DNA of 32,000 bases from Wolbachia endosymbiont of Onchocerca ochengi (GTDB lineage: Bacteria > Pseudomonadota > Alphaproteobacteria > Rickettsiales > Anaplasmataceae). The notes beneath the pieces are model-generated. The model was not told the DNA's origin. It made no database searches and saw only the letters and a program-made list of their open reading frames with translations. Positions 1 to 9,897 of this stretch are shown here, one piece after another. The position numbers and the translations under genes were made by a program. Within the stretch, counting starts at the first letter, position 1, and every line of letters starts with the position of its first letter. The stretch covers positions 570,001 through 602,000 of the forward strand of contig NC_018267.1 in NCBI RefSeq assembly GCF_000306885.1. Reading direction: 5' to 3'.

Positions 1-128
1 GAATTAATTTTACGGACTTTGCTTTAACTGTCTTTTACCTTTGTTGTATAAAGTGTTTAATATAGGGCTATCATAGCTTTTGATATGATATTATACAGCC
101 ATTATGTTCCTTTCTTCAAAAGATCTTT

Positions 129-908
129 TTACCCTATAACACATATAACTGGCGTATGATCAGATGGATTTTTCAACTTGCGCAATTTGTCATCTATATA
201 GCATGTTTCTAACCTATCGGCAGCTTGGGGTGATAATAGTATATAATCTATTCGCATTCCTTGATTATTTCGGAATGAATTATCTTGGTAATGCCACCAA
301 GTAAACTGCTGTAAATCTGGATTAGATATTCTAAATGCGTCTTTAAACCCAAGATTCAAAATTGCTCTCAATTTTTCACGTTCTCTTATATGGAAACACA
401 CTTTGCCATTCAATAAAATTGGGTCAAAAACGTCAATTCCATCTAGTGCAACATTATAATCACCAGCTACAATAGTTAGCTCTTCATTTTTCAATAAATT
501 GATTATTTTTTCATATAAATTGTCAAAAAACTTAAGCTTATATGCAAATGCATTAGAATCTGGGCTCTGGCCATTTGGGACGTATATACTCACTACTCTT
601 ATCTTTTGATTATCGTACTTTACTACACATTCTATATAACGTGCTTCTTGGTAACCTTCTACAATGTCAATTTTAAATTTCTCTAGTATTAGGTATTTAG
701 ATAAAACACAAACACCGTTTCTCGCAACTTGCCCATAAACAGCACATTTATATCCAAGCTTTTTTATTTCTTCGTAAGGAAACTGTTTTTCTGTGCATTT
801 TGTCTCTTGTAGCAAAATTATATCTATTTGATTATCAATTATGAGATTGCAGATTTGGTCAATTCTTTTACGTATAGAGTTCACATTCCAAGTTGCAATT
901 TTTAACAT
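129..908 (-). CDS. xthA: Exodeoxyribonuclease III (AP endonuclease, EEP family)
   Basis: 259 aa ORF; N-terminus MLKIATWNVNSIRKRIDQI, LLQETKC, IVAGDYNVALDGIDVF, WWHYQDNSFRNNQGMRIDYIL and SDHTPV blocks typical of ExoIII. Confidence 0.96.
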   Translation of the reverse strand: MLKIATWNVNSIRKRIDQICNLIIDNQIDIILLQETKCTEKQFPYEEIKKLGYKCAVYGQVARNGVCVLSKYLILEKFKIDIVEGYQEARYIECVVKYDNQKIRVVSIYVPNGQSPDSNAFAYKLKFFDNLYEKIINLLKNEELTIVAGDYNVALDGIDVFDPILLNGKVCFHIREREKLRAILNLGFKDAFRISNPDLQQFTWWHYQDNSFRNNQGMRIDYILLSPQAADRLETCYIDDKLRKLKNPSDHTPVICVIG

Positions 909-1621
909 CAGTAATTCTTATTAATTATATTAATTAAACTTTCCCTAGTAGGTAACCTCGATGTTATAATTTTTTTCCATTTGATCGACTTTAAACTGTC
1001 AGCGATATTTTTACTCATAGTATATGCAATTATATTGCTTATTGTGTGAGATAAACCACTTTTTAGAACTAAAGAACAAAATACTCTCGCTGTCTGTGAA
1101 GAAAAAAAAACAACACCATTAATTTTATTACCCGATAACAAGTTTTTGCACCTGTTAGTTAAACTTTTTTTAACGATTGTTTTGTAGAGTATAACTTCTC
1201 TTACACAAAAACCTTCTTCAGATAACCTTTTTTTTAAATCGCATGATACCTCTTGTCCTCTTATGTACAAGAACTTCACTGCTATTGAATAGTGATTTTT
1301 TATGAACGATATCAACCCATCAACATTACTATCTGCTGATACAATATCAGAAAATCCTAAATCCTTTGCAGTTTGCATCGTTGAATTGCCAACAGTAATG
1401 ATTGGAAGATCACCTATCTTACATATCTGACTAAATGCCTTTACACTGTTCTTGCTTGTGGATATTACTACGTCAAATTTATATGCAGATATGTCAGGCT
1501 GTAAATGCTTTATTGTGAATACTGGTTCTATATATACTTTATATCCATGTTTTTTCAGTGCATTTCTTGTGTTTAGTGAATCTAATAAAGGCCTCGTTAA
1601 TAAAATAGACTTCATTCTCAT
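908..1621 (-). CDS. hemD: Uroporphyrinogen-III synthase
   Basis: 237 aa ORF; ILLTRP N-terminus, VVISTSKNSVKAF, PIITVGNSTMQTAKDLGF, FLYIRGQEVSCDLKKRL and VVFFSSQTARVF blocks. Stop overlaps the xthA start (TGATG). Confidence 0.85.
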   Translation of the reverse strand: MRMKSILLTRPLLDSLNTRNALKKHGYKVYIEPVFTIKHLQPDISAYKFDVVISTSKNSVKAFSQICKIGDLPIITVGNSTMQTAKDLGFSDIVSADSNVDGLISFIKNHYSIAVKFLYIRGQEVSCDLKKRLSEEGFCVREVILYKTIVKKSLTNRCKNLLSGNKINGVVFFSSQTARVFCSLVLKSGLSHTISNIIAYTMSKNIADSLKSIKWKKIITSRLPTRESLINIINKNY

Positions 1622-2774
1622 TTGCTTTACTATAGGTGAAAATAATACCTCTATAAACGAATTGCTGAATAAAAATTTTTGAGCTACAGCAATGGTAAGG
1701 AGTACTAGTACTCTTACTGATTTAAAGTTTTCTAATTTTCATTACTTTTTATGAATTATCTTCAGTTTTAAGCATAAAGGTTAATTCTTTTTCATCTAGA
1801 GTTGCCTTATTCATCTTATAGCAACTACTTATGTAACATCTATATTTGTTGCTGACTTTTATCCACTTTTTCATTATTAAAGATTTTAGATATAATATTA
1901 TCCATCTTTCTACAGCTCCTATGTTCTATATATCAAACTGTTTTCACTATACTTAATTACTGTATATATATCATCTATGAATTTTTGATTATTCTTATTA
2001 AACTTAGATACTATATAATTTATATCTTTCTCAAAAAAAGTTGAAGTAATTATCAGAAAGGCTATTGTATTCAACTATGTAATTTGTGTAGTTAGACTCA
2101 ATTAAACTAATATTTTCTTCAGAGAACTCTGTAGAAGAGCTTATAAAAGCTATTATAATATCAACTAATTACGTTAATAAATCATTAATATAATGACTGT
2201 ACTCCTATATAAATTAAACAAGTTAACTTGTTAATGCACATCAGCAATTTACCTATTGGTTTCTTCTATAACTTGCTAATCATTAATCATAAGCTCGACC
2301 AATGTTGGTTGTCATAATAACATGGCCTAAGATGGAGAAGTAGTAGAAATGAAAGGGATGGTAAAAGGTTCTAGCAAGTATAGGTGTGACTTCTTTTATT
2401 AGGAAATTAGATACTAAATGCGATATCAAAACAAATTTTTATTAATTTTTTTTATCTAAGACAAGAGTACTTTCTACGCTAAGCTAATTATTAAGATAAT
2501 ATTTCAAAAATGATCTTTTAGTAACCATATATTTAAGGCAGATGAAAGTGTATTTAATGTAGTGTCAACAATACTGAAATGCTGACCTGTAGGCAGGAAA
2601 GATATATCAAAGCTGATACTTGCTGTATACTCGATAAAAGAAATAATAGATAGTACAATAGTTAAACGCTTTTTTTGTAAGTAAGCCTTTCCTCTTAACA
2701 AAACTTGTGAGCTTAGATACAAGTAAGTATATTACGGAGTTGATTTGTTTAAGAAACAATATAAAAATTAAGAG

Positions 2775-2859
2775 TGCCCGAGAGAAGACTTGAACTTCCA
2801 TAACTTTAAAAGTTACTAGCACCTGAAGCTAGCGCGTCTACCAATTTCGCCACCCGGGC
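2775..2859 (-). tRNA. tRNA-Leu (anticodon CAG)
   Basis: The reverse complement GCCCGGGTGGCGAAATTGGTAGACGCGCTAGCTTCAGGTGCTAG...GTTCAAGTCTTCTCTCGGGCA folds as a class II tRNA: 7-bp acceptor stem, anticodon stem CTAGC/GCTAG with loop TTCAGGT, long variable arm and a GTTCAAGTC T-loop. No encoded CCA. Confidence 0.93.
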
Positions 2860-2921
2860 TTTTTATAGTTTACTATGTTAAAATTAAATAATATACTTAA
2901 GCAATTTTTAGTTTAAAGGTA

Positions 2922-4349
2922 ATGCCAGATAATGTAAATTTAGATCAGATATTTTTTGCTCATAATAATGTTAATATTAATAATATATATAAAATAGTTA
3001 ACAGTGTTTTGAGCAATAGTAATTGTGGTGAGCTATTTTTAGAATTTTGCCAATCAGAGTCCTTGATTTTTGATAATAATGTACTGAAACATATAGATTT
3101 GAATACCAGAAGGGGGTTTAGTTTAAGGGTTTTTTGTGAGAGTAGTACGTCTTTTATCTGTTCTTCTGAGATTAGTGAAAGAGAAATTAGTCATGCTGCT
3201 TCCATAGTAAGAAGTTCAATATCTTTAGATAAAACAAGTTCAACAAGCTTGAAAAAAGAGACAAAAAATCTGTATCCAAGGATTAACCCCATAAATGAAA
3301 TAGACCTGATCTCAAAAATGAGACTACTCGATGAAGTTAACGAATATGTAAGGTCCAAAAATACCTTCGTGAAACAAGTAAAAATAACTCTGAGTGGAGA
3401 ATGGCAAGTTGTGCAAATAATAAAAGATGATCACAGATTAAGTGATATCAGGCCTCTAGTGTGTTTTAATGTGTTAGTTATTGTAGAGAAAAATGGTCGC
3501 ACTGAAAGGGGTTTTGCAGGACATGGTGGGAGAGACTCTTATAGTAAATTTATTTCTGAGAAAATGTGGAAAAAAGTTGCAAATCAAGCATTAGAACAAG
3601 CATTGGTAAACCTTGAGGCAATTCCGACTCCAGCTGGAGAGATGATAGTTGTCTTGGGTCCAGGTTGGCCGGGAATATTATTACATGAAGCTGTGGGTCA
3701 TGGGCTTGAGGGTGACTTTAATCGTAAGGGAGTTTCAGCATTTTCAAACTCTATTGGTAAGCAAGTAGCAGCTGGTGGTATTACAGTAGTTGATGATGGA
3801 ACTCTACCTAATTTACGTGGTTCTATTAGAATAGATGATGAAGGTACTGCACCTTGTTGCAATGTATTGATAGAAGATGGAATTCTTAAAGGATATATGC
3901 AAGATCATATGAACGCTAAACTTATGGGTATGAATTCAACTGGTAATGGTAGAAGGGAAAGCTATAAGGAAATTACTATGCCACGCATGACAAACACTTA
4001 TATGTTACCAGGGAAGTATACACCAGAAGAGATAATATCTAGCGTAAAAAGGGGTATATATGCAGTGAACTTCAGTGGTGGGCAAGTTGATATAACGTCA
4101 GGAAAATTTGTTTTTTCATCCTCAGAGGCTTATTTGATAGAAAATGGTAAAGTTATACAGCCAATCAAAGGGGCGACATTGATTGGTGATGGTCCAACAG
4201 TGTTGAAAAAAGTATCTATGGTTGGTAACGATTTAAGATTAGATCCAGGTGTTGGTACATGCTTAAAAGATGGGCAAAGTATACCCATTGGAGTTGGTCA
4301 ACCGACACTTAAGGTTAACTCAATCACAGTAGGCGGAACTGAGTTATAA
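2922..4349 (+). CDS. tldD: Metalloprotease TldD
   Basis: 475 aa ORF with GPGWPGILLHEAVGHGLEGDFNRKG (HExxxH motif) and GRRESYKEITMPRMTNTYMLPG typical of TldD. Confidence 0.95.
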   Translation: MPDNVNLDQIFFAHNNVNINNIYKIVNSVLSNSNCGELFLEFCQSESLIFDNNVLKHIDLNTRRGFSLRVFCESSTSFICSSEISEREISHAASIVRSSISLDKTSSTSLKKETKNLYPRINPINEIDLISKMRLLDEVNEYVRSKNTFVKQVKITLSGEWQVVQIIKDDHRLSDIRPLVCFNVLVIVEKNGRTERGFAGHGGRDSYSKFISEKMWKKVANQALEQALVNLEAIPTPAGEMIVVLGPGWPGILLHEAVGHGLEGDFNRKGVSAFSNSIGKQVAAGGITVVDDGTLPNLRGSIRIDDEGTAPCCNVLIEDGILKGYMQDHMNAKLMGMNSTGNGRRESYKEITMPRMTNTYMLPGKYTPEEIISSVKRGIYAVNFSGGQVDITSGKFVFSSSEAYLIENGKVIQPIKGATLIGDGPTVLKKVSMVGNDLRLDPGVGTCLKDGQSIPIGVGQPTLKVNSITVGGTEL

Positions 4350-5264
4350 GCTATGCTGACTTTCTGTTACTTTTCGCCGTTTATTTTCTTTTTCTTGGAA
4401 GGGCTGATTTTGGTTTGCCTTAACTTGCTTAGGTACAGTAGATGGCTTACTATTTTCTCTTGCTTGAACAGATTGTTTACTTTTCTCAATTTGGGTTTCT
4501 AAAATTTTACTAATGCCCCCACTAATTTCATTACTCCACTTTTTCTTACTTGACGAATGAGGATTATATAAGGTACCTTTTTTGTCATTAAAAAAAAGGC
4601 TCTTTATTGCACCTGATATGGGCAATATAAGAAGAATACCATTGATTGTTGATGTGATTGGGCCAGTGCCAAATATTAGTACTGAAAAAGAAAAAAGAAT
4701 AATAGGAAATAAAAGTTTACGTAAGAACGTTATTACCATTTCTTCATCGCTAAATGGTAGTTTATCATCTTCTTTTTTACCTTTGTCGGAAAATAGCAAT
4801 CCATTCTTAAAAGAACTAAAGAAGTTCTTAGGATCTATCTTAACTCCAAATAATCGTCCAGCAAACTTTATAAGAGAGTCTTTAGCTTCTGTGTTGCATA
4901 TATCAGATATGCACTCATTAACTACTTTTCCTATTTTATCCTTATTTGAATTTTTTTTATTCGCTAAATTTTTTTTCCTGATTTTCTCAAGTACAGAAAG
5001 TAAAAATTGAAGGAAATTCTCTTCACTAAGTTGTTTTATATCTTTTGGTCTGACATTTTTAAATATAGCCTGATTTTGATCTAGCATAAAAGTAAGTGTT
5101 GCCTTGTCATCTTCCTTTAACTCTTCAGATTGTACTTTATTTTTTAGCGACTCTATAAAGGTATCATAGATCACTCTATGTTTCTCTTCGAAAATTACTT
5201 CACCCTTTATTATCTGAGTAGATGACTTTGAAAGATTTAAATCCTTCGTTTGCAGAGGTATCAT
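4344..5264 (-). CDS. Hypothetical protein with central hydrophobic segments, lineage-type
   Basis: 306 aa ORF; EKMVITFLRKLLFPIILFSFSVLIFGTGPI...GILLILPISGAI-like transmembrane region and a charged, low-complexity C-terminus. Convergent 6-bp overlap with the tldD stop. Confidence 0.7.
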   Translation of the reverse strand: MIPLQTKDLNLSKSSTQIIKGEVIFEEKHRVIYDTFIESLKNKVQSEELKEDDKATLTFMLDQNQAIFKNVRPKDIKQLSEENFLQFLLSVLEKIRKKNLANKKNSNKDKIGKVVNECISDICNTEAKDSLIKFAGRLFGVKIDPKNFFSSFKNGLLFSDKGKKEDDKLPFSDEEMVITFLRKLLFPIILFSFSVLIFGTGPITSTINGILLILPISGAIKSLFFNDKKGTLYNPHSSSKKKWSNEISGGISKILETQIEKSKQSVQARENSKPSTVPKQVKANQNQPFQEKENKRRKVTESQHSL

Positions 5265-5310
5265 GACTGACCTATTTGCATTTGCCTATACTTTAATTAT
5301 AATGTATCTT

Positions 5311-7899
5311 TCATATTAATTCAAATGGTTTATTTTTAGAATTTACAGCGTTTAAGTCATAATTAAGAGAATTTGAGCCCCAGTTGTCGCTAATTTTTAT
5401 CTCCACTTCAAGCGGTACAGAAATTTTTACTGCATTTTCCATCACGTTTTTCATAAGTTTTGCTGTTTCTTGTACTTTACTGTTCTCCACCTCAACCAGT
5501 AGCTCGTCATGAACTTGGAGAATTATTTTACCTGACTTTAACTGATCATGAAGTTGAACCATTGCAAGTTTTATTATGTCAGCAGCAGTTCCTTGCACGG
5601 GTGCGTTTATTGCTGCCCTTTCTGCAAATTGCCTTAGATAAGGGATTGTGTTGTTTATGTCTTTTAGAAAGCATCTTCTACCGAATAAGGTTTCTACATA
5701 GCCGTGCTGCCTTGCAGCAGATACCTTTTCTTCCATATAGATCTTTATCTCTGGATAACAGGAGAAGTAATAGTCAATATATTCAGCAGCTTCTCGAACG
5801 GTAATTTTAAACCTTCTCGCAAGGCCAAATGGGCTAATGCCATATATAATTCCAAAATTAACAGATTTTGCTTTTTGTCTTAGCTGCTTATCCACATTTG
5901 CACCTTCTTGCACTCTAAAAACCTGTCTTGCAGTGATATTGTGAATATCTTGTTTATTCACAAAAGCTTCTTTAAATGCTGTAATATTTGCAATATGTGC
6001 CAAGAGTCTTAATTCTATTTGTGAATAATCAGCAGAAATTATCTTACATCCTTTTGGAGCAATAAATGCTTGCCTGATAAGATTTCCCTCTTTGCTCCTG
6101 ATAGGAATATTCTGCAAATTAGGATTACTGGAGCTGAGCCTACCTGTTGCAGTTGTTGAGAAAATTGTATGTACTCTACCATCAAGGGGATCTACCCGCT
6201 TTACTAGTGCGTCAGTGTATGTACCCTTTAGTTTACTTAAATGTCGCCAACCTAAGATCTTACTTGCAATTTTAACTCCTTCTATTTCAAGTTCTTCTAA
6301 TACTTCAGAGCTTGTGCTATACGATCCAGACTTTAACTTTTTCTTTTTACTAAGCCCCATCTTATCAAACAAAATGTCACTTAATTGTTTTGGCGAAGCA
6401 ATATTAAATCTTTCTCCTGCTAAGTTATATATGTTACTCTCAAGCACAGTTAGTGATTGTTGAAATTTACCGGATAGCTCCTGTAGCTTTTGAGTATCTA
6501 GCAATATTCCATTTTTTTCCATGTTGAGTATCACTTTCACAAGTGGCTTATCGAAGCGTTCGTAGATTGTAAAAAGCTTTTCTTGAAATAGTCTTTGCGT
6601 TAACTTTTTATGGATCGTTATTAAAGCTTTTGCTGAGAAAGCCTCTATATCTTCACTTAAACTATGTGCAACTATACTTGGAATGCTGTGATCGTGCTTT
6701 CCTGTGTCAAGACTATACGACATCGTCATCAAATCATCAACTGAGCATAATGCTTTCTCTATTGCAGGAAATATTTTTTTGATCTTTCTAATATTGTGTA
6801 TTATTTTCAACATCCCATTTGCAAGTAAATTTGAGTTCACTATAATGAGCGAATCTTGTAGGCAGTTTTGATTTATGTAAAAAATACTGTTTTCACTGCA
6901 AGATAAGGAAACTTTACTTAACACGTTATTTTCAAAATGGCAATAGATTGCAATTTTACCCTCATATCTGCAATGCTCCAAAAATTTTTCTAATTCTTTG
7001 TTTCTATATTCTATTTTCCTTTTAATGCTAGGTTCACTATAAGGAAAAAGCTTTTCTACTTTGCCTATTAATGAATTAAATTCATATTTCTTTAAAAAAA
7101 ATAATAATTTCTTCATATTTGGAGGGTAGACCTTATGCTTTGCAATATCACAGTGAAGATTCACTTTTTCACATAGCGATAGAAGCTTTCTTGAAATGAA
7201 TGCTTTTTCCTTATGTTCAGTGAAAATATCACGAATCCTTACTTGCTTGATGCAACTAATATTTGCCATAATATTATCTAACGAATCAAATTCATCCAGA
7301 AGTTTAACTGCAGTTTTTGGACCTATTCCTGGAATGCCAGGAATGTTATCAGATGCATCTCCAGTTAGAGAAAATAAATCAAGAAGCCTGTTTGAATTTA
7401 CGCCAAATTTTTCTATTACTTGTTTTTCATTTATGTATATATTTTTAATAGGATCAAATATTAGTATGTTGTAATTCAACAGCTGAAATAAGTCTTTATC
7501 TGATGAGACTACTACTACTTTAAAGTCTTGGCGGTTGGCATATTTTATAGCTAGTGTTGCAATTATGTCATCTGCTTCATAGCCTTCAATTTCTTCGTAG
7601 CTAAGGTTAAAAGCTTCTACTGCCTCTCTCAGTATTGCAAACTGTAGAGTTAAATCCTTAGGGGGTGTTATTCTGTTCGCTTTATACTCAGGATATGAAT
7701 CGTGCCTGAAATTTTTCTTGCCAGAGTCAAATGCTATAGTTAAGTAATCTGAATATGTAATATATTTAAGAATCATATTAAGAAAACCATACACAGCCCC
7801 TATTGGGGTACCGGTTGTGGTAGTTAAATGATGTAAAACGTAATAAGCTCTGAAAAGAAAGCCGTAACCATCAATAATTGTGAAAGTTTTTTCTTGCAC
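5311..7899 (-). CDS. polA: DNA polymerase I (5'-3' exonuclease plus polymerase domains)
   Basis: 862 aa ORF; 5'-nuclease blocks (IDGYGFLFRAYYVLH, DNIPGIPGIGPKTA) and family A polymerase blocks (TATGRLSSSNPNLQNIPIR, SADYSQIELRLLAHI, RQKAKSVNFGIIYGISPFGLA, LQVHDELLVE). Confidence 0.97.
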   Translation of the reverse strand: MQEKTFTIIDGYGFLFRAYYVLHHLTTTTGTPIGAVYGFLNMILKYITYSDYLTIAFDSGKKNFRHDSYPEYKANRITPPKDLTLQFAILREAVEAFNLSYEEIEGYEADDIIATLAIKYANRQDFKVVVVSSDKDLFQLLNYNILIFDPIKNIYINEKQVIEKFGVNSNRLLDLFSLTGDASDNIPGIPGIGPKTAVKLLDEFDSLDNIMANISCIKQVRIRDIFTEHKEKAFISRKLLSLCEKVNLHCDIAKHKVYPPNMKKLLFFLKKYEFNSLIGKVEKLFPYSEPSIKRKIEYRNKELEKFLEHCRYEGKIAIYCHFENNVLSKVSLSCSENSIFYINQNCLQDSLIIVNSNLLANGMLKIIHNIRKIKKIFPAIEKALCSVDDLMTMSYSLDTGKHDHSIPSIVAHSLSEDIEAFSAKALITIHKKLTQRLFQEKLFTIYERFDKPLVKVILNMEKNGILLDTQKLQELSGKFQQSLTVLESNIYNLAGERFNIASPKQLSDILFDKMGLSKKKKLKSGSYSTSSEVLEELEIEGVKIASKILGWRHLSKLKGTYTDALVKRVDPLDGRVHTIFSTTATGRLSSSNPNLQNIPIRSKEGNLIRQAFIAPKGCKIISADYSQIELRLLAHIANITAFKEAFVNKQDIHNITARQVFRVQEGANVDKQLRQKAKSVNFGIIYGISPFGLARRFKITVREAAEYIDYYFSCYPEIKIYMEEKVSAARQHGYVETLFGRRCFLKDINNTIPYLRQFAERAAINAPVQGTAADIIKLAMVQLHDQLKSGKIILQVHDELLVEVENSKVQETAKLMKNVMENAVKISVPLEVEIKISDNWGSNSLNYDLNAVNSKNKPFELI

Positions 7900-9897
7900 T
7901 CTGAGTATTCACATGTGTCCTTGATACTCTATTATTTGGATGTAAAAATCAAGTCTTTGTTTTCTGCTTTTGATCATTACAAGAGATTTTTATTTAGAAC
8001 AATATTAATACATAGTTAATAGTTAACATTTTAAATTAAGTTGTATGCTAGCAAATTGAAAGCTTAAAATGGACAAAAAAGAGAGCTAAAAGGATCAAGT
8101 CATCTAGCTGAACTATAAAAGCAAGGCGTAAATTCAGTAAATTAGATACTGGCAGCTTGATTATTCTTAACTCTGTTTCAAAGTAATCGGTAGAGCAACG
8201 TTAATAAAAGTAAGATTTAGGATTAAAGAAAAATAATCAAATCTCTGAGAAAGATAGAACTCACTTTTTGTTAACCATTCACCTTAATTCAGGTGTAGAG
8301 TTAGTATCAAATGATAGCGGAATATTGTTAAGCTCTAGTATAATAAATGACAGCGAAATGCTTGTAGCATCAAAATAAAGTGTTATCTGGTTAAACATAC
8401 TGGCTAACTTAATAGCAAAAGATCACCATTAATCAAGATCGGTGATTAGTGGAAAATCACTTATTCAGGAAAAATTAAAAAAGTTAGCGTTTCTGGAATG
8501 CTAACACTAAGAGATTTTGTTACACTGGGAAAAGATCATCTCAGATAAAGAGTAAACCTAAGTAAACTCAAAAAGAGGCTAAGCAGGCTACTAGTCTTGA
8601 CGATCAAATTAAAGCTCTGTAGAGTAGCAAAATAATTTGCAATAGAAGCTTGCTAAGCCTAATCGAGTAGAGGAAGTCATTTATACTTATAAAAGTAAAA
8701 GAGCATAAAACTAAAGAGAGAAAGCTAAATGGAGAGTTGAGAGCTTAGTAGAAAATTTTAAAATGATAAAAGCTTAGAATTTTGGATTCTACAAATGGAT
8801 CTTGCGATATAAGTAACCCTAACAAATAAATATTTAAAAAATGAATAGATAAAATGGTATAGGTGTTATATGTGTGCTAATAGCTGTGATGGTTTTTTTT
8901 GAATTCAATGTCTCTAGTATGTAAAGCTCTTCAAGAAATACTAAAAAGCTAATTCTTTACATATGAAAGTAAATAGATCCAGCCCTCAGATATGATGCAT
9001 CAAGTTAAAGCTCTATTGTAAAGTAGTAACATAAAAGAAAAATGCGAGAAAAATTTAAAAGAGATATATTAAGTTTTAAAGAACGAAATAGGTAAAAACG
9101 GAAAAAACTTTAACTTTAAAAATGATCAATGTATTAATAGATTAGGAAAATAGAAACGTGTCATTAGGTTCAATCATGGAATCTATACAAACAGTGTAAC
9201 TATTGTAACAGATATCAAATTTCTGGAGAAAAGATCTAAGATTTAATGTAAAAAACACAAAACAATGGCTACAACTAATATAAACTATTTTCGTTATCTT
9301 ATAGCAAGATCGCCTAATCCTATTGTAATTATTGTGATTAACTTTATTGATTATTCTTGGGCTATTAAATTTTCTTTGTTGCTCCAGTTCTCTTATATTG
9401 TTAATAAAACTTAATTCCTTATCATGGAGTTTGATTTTTAACGTTTGTATTTTTCTTTAAGTCTTTATGATTTGGTTTATTGCCTACTATTTTAGTAGTG
9501 CTATTATTGTTAGAGCTTAGTGTAACGCTACATTCTTTTTCGTTGATGTACCTGCTTGAATTCATATTTATGTAAGAAATTAACTAATTCATAATATATA
9601 ATTTTTTTATCATTCTTATCTTTGCAATATAGTAATTATATCTTTTTTTTAGTATCATCACCTAACATTGAAAAACCTATGATCTTATTATTTTCGTAAA
9701 GCTTACTATCTAAAAGTTTGCTTATTTCAATACCTGTACTCTTATCTTTCAATATTATTCTCGTATGAAGACTACTATTGTTATTACAGTGATCTTGATG
9801 AATTGATATATAATTAATAACGCTACATTAATATACCCGCAAATTTTGCTTCAGCTTTTTTCCTAAACAGGAAATACTAATAAATTAGTATATTTTA
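7900..9897. other. Approximately 2-kb intergenic tract without intact genes
   Basis: No ORF in the supplied track falls entirely within it. Strand composition switches near 9280 from purine-rich to pyrimidine-rich on the + strand. Confidence 0.6.

Noticed and set aside
1452-1682. 76-aa plus-strand ORF
   Set aside because: Mostly antisense to hemD, with no coding-like features of its own.
2302-2323. Imperfect hairpin ATGTTGGTTGTCATAACAACAT
   Set aside because: Short, bulged and not associated with a gene end; expected frequency is high in AT-rich sequence.
2504-2822. 72-aa and 71-aa minus-strand ORFs
   Set aside because: They overlap each other in different frames, the second runs into tRNA-Leu, and neither shows homology-like features; likely chance ORFs.
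4582-5010. 142-aa plus-strand ORF
   Set aside because: Fully antisense to the hypothetical membrane protein gene at 4344..5264.
5460-7474. Plus-strand ORFs 5460..5804, 6092..6463 and 7196..7474
   Set aside because: Antisense shadows of polA, which has intact domain motifs on the minus strand.
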